DNA from: a virus
Lineage: Duplodnaviria; Caudoviricetes
Strand: one strand, 5' to 3'
Virus record (IMG/VR): IMGVR_UViG_3300036778_000070
Location: 1 to 43,978 of that record
DNA: 43,978 nucleotides
Numbering within the stretch: the stretch's first letter is position 1; each line of letters opens with the position of its first letter. This document shows, piece after piece, positions 17,064 through 23,944 of the stretch. The notes under the pieces were generated by a model. It had not been told where the DNA came from. It made no database searches and saw nothing but the letters and a program-made list of their open reading frames with translations. A program made the translations under genes and the position numbers.

Positions 17064-17875
17064 TGGAAACCATCATCCGGGCCTTTGAGGCTCAGATCGA
17101 CAGCGTGCAGGACGGCGAGCGATCTGTGGTTGCCAGGATTAACACGGACAGTATTGACAGATTTAATACTGTGATCGATCCACTGGGATGCGATACCCGG
17201 GGATTCAACAAGACAGGAAGTGTGCTGTACGAGCATGGAAAGTCAACGGAGCGTGGGACTAAACCGATCGGCCATGGATGGGCTAAAGTTCGTCAAGCTG
17301 AACGGGACATGATCGGCAAGACCAAGTTCGCCAAGGATGACTTTAGTCAATCGCTGTTCGAGTTAGCCCGCGACGGGGACATTAAGTCTTGGTCAATAAG
17401 TGCTCTTGTGCGTGATGCCAGCCCTCCCACTAAAGACGAAATTGCTCGACGGCCTGAGCTAGCAGAGTGCGAGAAGATTTACCGCAAGTGGGAGCTCACC
17501 GAATACTCGTTGGTGTCGGTCGCTGGCAATGCTGACTGCACATCAATCCTGGTTAGCCGCGGGTTGATTGCTCCCCCTGAAGGCTACATTGTGCCTGAGC
17601 CAGCAAAAGAAGAAGCCAAGCCGGAACTGGTCATCCGCACGGAACGCTACATCGATTCGGACGGCAGCCTATGGCGGATCTTTGAACCTAATGGGCAGCC
17701 GATCGCAAGCTTCTCAGATCCCGAGCTAGCCGAAGAATGTCTAAGGATGATGGCGGTTCGGTCCACTCTGAACCATCAAACCACGCTCTTGTTCACCGAA
17801 ATGCGGGCACTCCAAGAAGAGCATTATCGCGAAATCAAGGAATATATCGACTTGTACACCACGGGAAGGATCTGA
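17063..17875 (+). CDS. Prohead maturation protease (HK97 type)
   Basis: DSIDR...VLYEH...PIG, SWSI and LTEYSLVSVAGN motifs. Confidence 0.85.
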   Translation: METIIRAFEAQIDSVQDGERSVVARINTDSIDRFNTVIDPLGCDTRGFNKTGSVLYEHGKSTERGTKPIGHGWAKVRQAERDMIGKTKFAKDDFSQSLFELARDGDIKSWSISALVRDASPPTKDEIARRPELAECEKIYRKWELTEYSLVSVAGNADCTSILVSRGLIAPPEGYIVPEPAKEEAKPELVIRTERYIDSDGSLWRIFEPNGQPIASFSDPELAEECLRMMAVRSTLNHQTTLLFTEMRALQEEHYREIKEYIDLYTTGRI

Positions 17876-18153
17876 TGGGCCAGCGGCTTTTAAGGATAAC
17901 GAGCTGCTTTCTTCGCGGCATCCTCGAAGACGGCGAGCGGAATTACATAGTCGAAGATGGTCTTCCGGCAGACACCCGAATAGTCAATGCGCAATTCGAT
18001 ATAAGTCGCCGCGAAACAATATTTGTTCTTGAAAGCGCGGAGTGGCCGGAAGTCCTTGAGGGACGATCACTGGTGGCCTGGGAACCAAACCTTAAAGTGA
18101 AAGTTACTCCGCAACTCCCACGCGAGCTTATTCGGTTCCGGGAGTTCTTTTGA
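17875..18153 (+). CDS. Hypothetical protein ending in IRFREFF
   Basis: TGATG coupling to the protease gene. Confidence 0.65.
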   Translation: MGQRLLRITSCFLRGILEDGERNYIVEDGLPADTRIVNAQFDISRRETIFVLESAEWPEVLEGRSLVAWEPNLKVKVTPQLPRELIRFREFF

Positions 18154-18290
18154 AGCACCGCAATGTTTGCAGTGTCAGATGAGATTGCACAGATAGAACG
18201 CGCGGGACCATCCATCGAGAGCGTACGCGCGGCAACTGGGGCAGATCCTACCTGTGATTGAGAGCCATTCTCGGTCATGGGATCAAGTAA

Positions 18291-19820
18291 ATGCTACTTG
18301 AATTCTTAAAGCCGGTAGGGGAATACAAGGTCGGTGACATCACCGACAAGTTCTCCGATGGGGTTGGGCAGGTCCTCATTCAAGAGGGCAGCGCTCAAGT
18401 CTCTAGCGACATGGCGCAGACCAGGAAATTGCTCCTGGATGACGCCGACAGACGTCACAAAGCGTTGCTCGAGGAAACTCGGGCATTGCTCCAAGGTAAC
18501 CGCACGGCTACCCAGGGGCCTCCCGATGGTGGCGGCAAGCTTAATAGTGCACTCCAAGCCAACCTCGTGGACGGCAAAGGCGAGCCGGTCTATGAGCAAG
18601 GCAAGAAGGCGTTCAGCGATGTTCTCCGTTGTATCCACGCCGTAGGTGCCAAGGGCGCCCCACGCGAAATCGTGGAGTTTGCCTCGAATCGCTTACGCCA
18701 CGTTTACAGCGATGAGCGGGCTGAATACAAGCTCAACCCGCAAACCGGCAAGATGGACTCGATTGTTGAGCGTCGTCTTGATGATGGCGGTATTGAGACG
18801 GTTACTCGAACCGGCACGGACAGCTTGGGTGGTGGTGCGACCTATGGGTTCACGATCAAGCCTAACTATCTCGGCGATCTGTTCCGGATCGCTCGTGAGC
18901 GAGAGGTTTTCGCCAGCTCTTGCCGCGCTATTCCGGTCGTTCAAGGCATCGAGACGAAGTATCCGGCCTTAGGCCAGTATTCGCCTCCTACTGTCGTGAA
19001 CGGCATTCCTCAACCGGCTGTCTTCGGCGGGATCACTCTCGCATACAAAAACGAAGTCGCGGCTCGTGTTGAGAGCGATTCCACCACGGAAGAGATCGAC
19101 TTTAAGATCGTCGACTTGACGGGGGCAACCTCGTACAGCCGCGATTACATCGTTGACAACTTCATCGCGATGGATAGCATCGTCACCTCCCTCTTTGGCG
19201 ACGCGATGGCGTGGGAAGAGGATTGGATCACGATTCATGGCAACGGCAGTGGGCAGCCGCAAGGCTACTTCGCTTCCAATGCCCTGATTCAGATCACTCG
19301 CAAAAACGCTAACAAGATTGCATCCGAAGATCTTGGCGCGATGCTGTCTCAGCTGGCTGGACAGTGCGAACGGAGCGCTCGATGGATCGCCCATCGGTCA
19401 ACCATTCCGCAATTGTTCATCCTGAACAACGCGGCTGGCACACCTGTGTTCCAACCGAATGCCTTGATCATGCAGTCCGATCCGCTGTCGATCATGGCGA
19501 CGGGATCGAGCGACCAAGTGACGTTTCAGTCGTCTGGCAGCTTGCTGGGCTATCCGATCTTTTTCACCGAAAAAGTGCCGCAGTTGGGAACCCCAGGTGA
19601 TCTGACCTTGGTGTGCCCGAATCAGTATGGCTTGGCCGAACGGCTGGGCATGGAGATCGGGGTCAGCGAGCACTTCTACTTCTCGACTGACAAGATCGCC
19701 TATCGCTTCAAGAAGCGGCACGACGGTCGTTCGCTTTGGCGTGCACCTTACCAGGATGCCAGCGCTGTTGCCACTGGTGGCGCGGCGTGGCTTACCTCTC
19801 CCTTTTTAATGCTCAAGTGA
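18291..19820 (+). CDS. Major capsid protein (HK97 fold)
   Basis: GGATYGFTI, IHGNGSGQPQG, LLGYPIFFTE and YFSTDKIAYRFKKRHDG motifs. Confidence 0.92.
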   Translation: MLLEFLKPVGEYKVGDITDKFSDGVGQVLIQEGSAQVSSDMAQTRKLLLDDADRRHKALLEETRALLQGNRTATQGPPDGGGKLNSALQANLVDGKGEPVYEQGKKAFSDVLRCIHAVGAKGAPREIVEFASNRLRHVYSDERAEYKLNPQTGKMDSIVERRLDDGGIETVTRTGTDSLGGGATYGFTIKPNYLGDLFRIAREREVFASSCRAIPVVQGIETKYPALGQYSPPTVVNGIPQPAVFGGITLAYKNEVAARVESDSTTEEIDFKIVDLTGATSYSRDYIVDNFIAMDSIVTSLFGDAMAWEEDWITIHGNGSGQPQGYFASNALIQITRKNANKIASEDLGAMLSQLAGQCERSARWIAHRSTIPQLFILNNAAGTPVFQPNALIMQSDPLSIMATGSSDQVTFQSSGSLLGYPIFFTEKVPQLGTPGDLTLVCPNQYGLAERLGMEIGVSEHFYFSTDKIAYRFKKRHDGRSLWRAPYQDASAVATGGAAWLTSPFLMLK

Positions 19821-19834
19821 AAGGAGGCTGAACC

Positions 19835-20365
19835 ATGTTTGCAAGTAAAAAGTTCCGCGACGTGTTCACCTTCCCAGCTTTGGGCATTCCGCCAGCACTG
19901 TACGCAACTGGTTCTGTGGCCGGCACGGCAGTACAAATTGCAGCGGTGGGAAGCGGGTCGGGCAACATCGGCGGCTTCAAGAAGTGGGTGTTCATCGGCC
20001 AGACGGGCAGCGGTGGCGCCACCACGACTTGGAACGCATGGATCAATGGCGGGTCTGGCTCGGCCGGTTCCGCTTCGGTCATCTTGCCAGCTTCGTCAAC
20101 CAGCACGTTTTCCGGATCGAACAGCTTCGCAGCGACAACGCTGGGAAGCGTCGTGTTCGGATCTCAGTGCAATATCGTCATGGAAATCCGCGGTGAGTAC
20201 ATTGCTGGGCTCGGGTCCAACTTTACATGGATTCGGCCTGTGATGTCCATCACTGGCGCTTCGGCCTACGCAGCTCTGCTCTCACTTGGGTTCTTGTCCG
20301 GTTCTGAACCGGCCTCGAACTACGACGTGACCGGGGCTGTGTTCGCGGAGACGGATGCGTTTTGA
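19835..20365 (+). CDS. Putative capsid decoration / structural protein
   Basis: Strong AAGGAGG SD; directly after the capsid gene; beta-rich Gly/Ser/Thr sequence. Confidence 0.55.
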   Translation: MFASKKFRDVFTFPALGIPPALYATGSVAGTAVQIAAVGSGSGNIGGFKKWVFIGQTGSGGATTTWNAWINGGSGSAGSASVILPASSTSTFSGSNSFAATTLGSVVFGSQCNIVMEIRGEYIAGLGSNFTWIRPVMSITGASAYAALLSLGFLSGSEPASNYDVTGAVFAETDAF

Positions 20366-20685
20366 GGAATGAAATCCTCGAGGGCCAGAATGGTCATCGT
20401 CAGGAATGCTGGAGGTGGCCATTCTGTCCTTGCTTCATCGGTGTGCAGCCATTTCAACCAAGTAAGTGCACTGAACCTTAAATCTTCAAGGATCGGATGA
20501 ATCTGTTGCTCTGGCCCGTAAAGGATCGTCATTCCATGTTCTGGGTCTGCCCAGCTTGGTCTGGGGAGTGCGCACAGAAGATTATGGGCGGCATCTCTTG
20601 CGGGGCCACGCTTCTTCTCTTCGGCGGCAATCAGGAGCGCTTCAGCTTCCTTGATAATCGGAACAAGATCAACTCTCAATGACAT
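20320..20685 (-). CDS. Hypothetical protein, antisense within the late operon
   Basis: MSLRVDLVPIIKEAEALLIAAEEKK... fills the gap and looks more protein-like than the plus-strand alternatives. Confidence 0.5.
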   Translation of the reverse strand: MSLRVDLVPIIKEAEALLIAAEEKKRGPARDAAHNLLCALPRPSWADPEHGMTILYGPEQQIHPILEDLRFSALTWLKWLHTDEARTEWPPPAFLTMTILALEDFIPQNASVSANTAPVTS

Positions 20686-21683
20686 CCCCCAGATTAACAA
20701 TAGGCATCCCAACCCTCGATAGAGCTGAGATGCTCTCCACGGCTATCGACTCATGTTTAGCCCAGCGAACACCGCTAGGCAAGCCGGTTCCGGTGCATGT
20801 GATTGTAGCCGATCAAGGCGGAACTGATAAGGTCGCTGAAGTGATGCGGCGGTACAGCGAGCATCCCAATGTTGAACACCTTGAGACTTCGGCCAGATGC
20901 CTCTGGGAGAACTGGGATGCCGCAGCGAGAGCGTGTGACACCGAATTCTTCATGTGGCTTCAGGACGATGACGAGATTGCCAAAGGTATAGCGGCCCGGG
21001 TTATTGGCAGCTTCGATGTATTCCCGAAGGCGCTTCACTGGCAAGCCCGGCTTTGTGCTGGTCTCTCTGGGCAGGCCATGGCATGGTGGGGCACCTCGGG
21101 TCCCATGGTGTTGCTCGACATGATCGGGCACAAGCCTCTTCAATACCCAGGCGAAGTGATCCCGCCGTGCATGTATCTAGGCTCTTGGGCCATGTCGCCC
21201 GCGGTGGCGTTCAGGTGCGGTGAGCAGTTCAATCGGGCTCTTGACTGTATGCCGTCCGATGCGGACCTATGGGCAGAGCGAACAATCCTGGCCCTAATGG
21301 GCATGCAAGGGCCATGGATCGCTGATCCGGTCATTGTTGGGCCGTGGATTCATCATGGCGGCAACGAGAGCTATAAGCAGCACCACGACCAAGAACGGCA
21401 GAAGCTGGTGACGCTTGAGGTGCTCGATGATGTCCTTGATCACACGGACTGGCGCGACATTTTTGAGCAATGGTTGCTTTCCATGCGCAACGCGGCCGAC
21501 GTGATGGGCTACCTCAAGGAGTTTCCGGCCGAAGAGTCACGTCATGCTGAAGCACTCAAGGAGGTTATGCGGAAGAGCCTATCAGGTCGCGTGGAGCCAG
21601 TTCTGGAACCCGCTCCCACAGTTGGCGGTCAAGATCTGGTTTGGTCGCAAGAAGCTCTTGATACCATGCGAGCCGCTTCCTGA
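20679..21683 (+). CDS. Glycosyltransferase, GT2-like (GT-A fold)
   Basis: LTIGIPTLDRAEML..AIDSCLAQ, VIVADQG and FMWLQDDD motifs. Confidence 0.88.
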   Translation: MTSPRLTIGIPTLDRAEMLSTAIDSCLAQRTPLGKPVPVHVIVADQGGTDKVAEVMRRYSEHPNVEHLETSARCLWENWDAAARACDTEFFMWLQDDDEIAKGIAARVIGSFDVFPKALHWQARLCAGLSGQAMAWWGTSGPMVLLDMIGHKPLQYPGEVIPPCMYLGSWAMSPAVAFRCGEQFNRALDCMPSDADLWAERTILALMGMQGPWIADPVIVGPWIHHGGNESYKQHHDQERQKLVTLEVLDDVLDHTDWRDIFEQWLLSMRNAADVMGYLKEFPAEESRHAEALKEVMRKSLSGRVEPVLEPAPTVGGQDLVWSQEALDTMRAAS

Positions 21684-23232
21684 AATGCTGACTCAAAAGG
21701 CGATTATTTTTGACGTACGTGTAGGCCAGTTTGGCAAGCTGACCGCGATAGCCGCTGTCGTTGATCATGTATCGCAGGCCAACCTCGAATTCGGTCGGAC
21801 TGCTAATAAGGGCTCTGTCCAGGCGCCAGTCGGGCTCAATGACGGTCTTTCCGTAGACGGTCGGACTTGCCAGCACAGCCACCCCTTCCGCCGCACATTC
21901 CAGGAACTTCAGATCCGATTTACACTCGTTGAATTGGCCGGGCTCGAGGGGGAGCAGGGCGATATTGCATTCTCTGAGCAATCCACGGTAGCGAGCGTAA
22001 TCACAGAATGGGAAGAAGTGCTTGTCGGTCTTGTCGCTGAGAGCGTCGTAGAACTCCCGATCGTGGACGACGATAACCGAGATCCGATTGCCGTATTCGT
22101 CCAAGACGCGATTGAGAGCCGGCATGATCGGCTTCCAATCGTCTTGGCGGTTTTGGGCACCGTAGAAGATATGGATATTGCTGTCGCTGTCCATGTCTCC
22201 CCATGGCGGCAGCTCCGCAATCTGATTCGGGAACACCATCACGTTAGGGTTCCACTGCCGCACGATCTCGGCGAGGGGTTCAGTGCTGACTTGGACGGCA
22301 TGGACGGCTTTCAACGCCATGGGATCAACGCCGATAGCTTCAGGTTCGTCGTCGAGTTCGGCTATCAGCAACAACCTTCTGGCAAGGTTGCGTTGCCAGC
22401 CCAGATCGATAGTACGAAATCGCTGCTGAATGCAAATCCCACCATCGCCAACGTATGCCAGATCGGACAGTGGCCCAGTCGTACACCTCGCGCCGGGGAT
22501 TGTCCCCAGCATCGCGAACGGCTCGAGGATCCGCGGGCGGGCGCAGCACTCTTCGGCCAAGACGGCGTGGATGTGGAGTGGCTTGATTTCAGCAGGCGGT
22601 TTGATCGCTCTTGCCAAGTACTGATAAGCGCGCATCTCCTTGGTCGGCTTGATGCCAGAATCGGCAACCCAGGACTCGAACCCCTCGTTGCAAATATTCC
22701 TGCCGCGAATCTCGAAGACCTGCAACCCAGCCTGCCCGAACATCTCCTGGATCGAGTCGAGGGCGAAGAAGCGGAGATGGGTTTTATCGAGCAGTCCTTC
22801 GTCGGTGTAGGTCCACTTGCCGTTGAGCAAGTCGCGGATAACGGTCCAGTGCCCGACGTTGGGGATGCAGGCGAGGACTTGAGCGCCACACTTCGTACTT
22901 GCGGCGAGATTTTTCAATACGAGCCAAGGATTTCGGAGGTGTTCAAGAACATCTCCAAGAATTACGCAGTCAAAACAATCCTTAACGAAGTGGTCGGAAT
23001 CAACATCGATATCCAATGGATCAAACGATGTCATCCGCGTAAGAGCAATGTCTCTGCATTCCTTATTTGTGTCGACTCCATTCCATTCGACCCTCGGATT
23101 GATCCGCCGATAAGCATCCGCCAGCGCCCCAGCCCCACAGCCGATCTCAAGCACAGTCTTCGCGTCTGGCGGGATGAGGGCCAACAGGTCGGGATTGACT
23201 CTCGAATAGTAAGGGGAAATCTCTTTGCTCAT
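21565..23232 (-). CDS. SAM-dependent methyltransferase fused to a GT-B-like glycosyltransferase
   Basis: VLEIGCGAG, FDCVILGDVLEHL and GLLDKTHLRFF in the N-terminal half; C-terminal IALLPLE...FNECKSDLKFLE; AGGAGG SD before ATG 23232. Confidence 0.88.
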   Translation of the reverse strand: MSKEISPYYSRVNPDLLALIPPDAKTVLEIGCGAGALADAYRRINPRVEWNGVDTNKECRDIALTRMTSFDPLDIDVDSDHFVKDCFDCVILGDVLEHLRNPWLVLKNLAASTKCGAQVLACIPNVGHWTVIRDLLNGKWTYTDEGLLDKTHLRFFALDSIQEMFGQAGLQVFEIRGRNICNEGFESWVADSGIKPTKEMRAYQYLARAIKPPAEIKPLHIHAVLAEECCARPRILEPFAMLGTIPGARCTTGPLSDLAYVGDGGICIQQRFRTIDLGWQRNLARRLLLIAELDDEPEAIGVDPMALKAVHAVQVSTEPLAEIVRQWNPNVMVFPNQIAELPPWGDMDSDSNIHIFYGAQNRQDDWKPIMPALNRVLDEYGNRISVIVVHDREFYDALSDKTDKHFFPFCDYARYRGLLRECNIALLPLEPGQFNECKSDLKFLECAAEGVAVLASPTVYGKTVIEPDWRLDRALISSPTEFEVGLRYMINDSGYRGQLAKLAYTYVKNNRLLSQHFRKRLAWYQELLATKPDLDRQLWERVPELAPRDLIGSSA

Positions 23233-23809
23233 CGGAAACTGGCCTCCTAGAAACCTGAAACTGCGTTTTACCTCTAAGGTTTTCATCGTAGCTGCGAGCG
23301 GCTTTGAGAGCGATTCTAAGTGATTCAAATTCTTGGCGGTTGTCTTCTGTCCAACAGCAGGCTTGGCCAAGCCGATATCCTCGGGATCGTTTGGGCTTTT
23401 GTGATACTTCCTTCAAAAGGTGAACGCCCTGTTTCCATATATGGAAGTCGCGACTCTTTTTGGCCAAAAGTGGATAACGCTCGAAATGTGGAACGACAAC
23501 AGCATTAAGATCTCTGATTTTATTCACTATGTAATCTGCTGACGGATTCGCATTTAATCGTGTGGACGGATAGTTGAAACATCGCACGACGCCAACCTTG
23601 AAATACGACGCAATTGTATCCAGCACAGGACGGTCATCTAGTCTTAGCCTTATGTTGAAACGCGCGTGTGCAATAGGAAGTCTATTCTTTCTTGTCATCC
23701 AAACGAGATTGAAACTTCCTTCGCCGTCCGTAAAGCCAGACAGCCAAGAACCGAAATGATTTCGATCTATATGATCAGGAAATGGTGCGATAGACTGATG
23801 ACTAGCCAT
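23147..23809 (-). CDS. Free-standing LAGLIDADG homing endonuclease
   Basis: WLSGFTDGEGSF motif and 'VVPHFERYPLLAKKSRDFHIW'. Confidence 0.9.
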   Translation of the reverse strand: MASHQSIAPFPDHIDRNHFGSWLSGFTDGEGSFNLVWMTRKNRLPIAHARFNIRLRLDDRPVLDTIASYFKVGVVRCFNYPSTRLNANPSADYIVNKIRDLNAVVVPHFERYPLLAKKSRDFHIWKQGVHLLKEVSQKPKRSRGYRLGQACCWTEDNRQEFESLRIALKAARSYDENLRGKTQFQVSRRPVSDEQRDFPLLFESQSRPVGPHPARREDCA

Positions 23810-23914
23810 GACTTGCTATCTCCTGAGGATAGTGGTTGTGGTCAGGGCCAGCGGATGTTCCACCATCCGTTCGGCCCGCCTCATTATCATATCTTTTATC
23901 ATTCCAAATCGCAA
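23807..23914 (-). promoter_or_regulatory. Promoter plus structured 5' leader (copy A) of the LAGLIDADG gene
   Basis: TTGCGA-17-TATGAT, then a hairpin, TGACCACAAC, an SD-sequestering hairpin and GTCATGGCTA; paralogous to 41854-41937. Confidence 0.7.
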
Positions 23915-23944
23915 GTATCACGTTTTGTTGCGAGGGCCGCATAA

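Noticed and set aside
21544-23250. 568-aa plus-strand ORF
   Set aside because: Antisense shadow of the MTase-GT gene; it has no motifs, while the minus frame has clear ones.
23147-23914. Group I intron or intein around the LAGLIDADG ORF
   Set aside because: No interrupted host gene, no recognisable intron core or intein splice residues; the ORF has its own promoter and SD.
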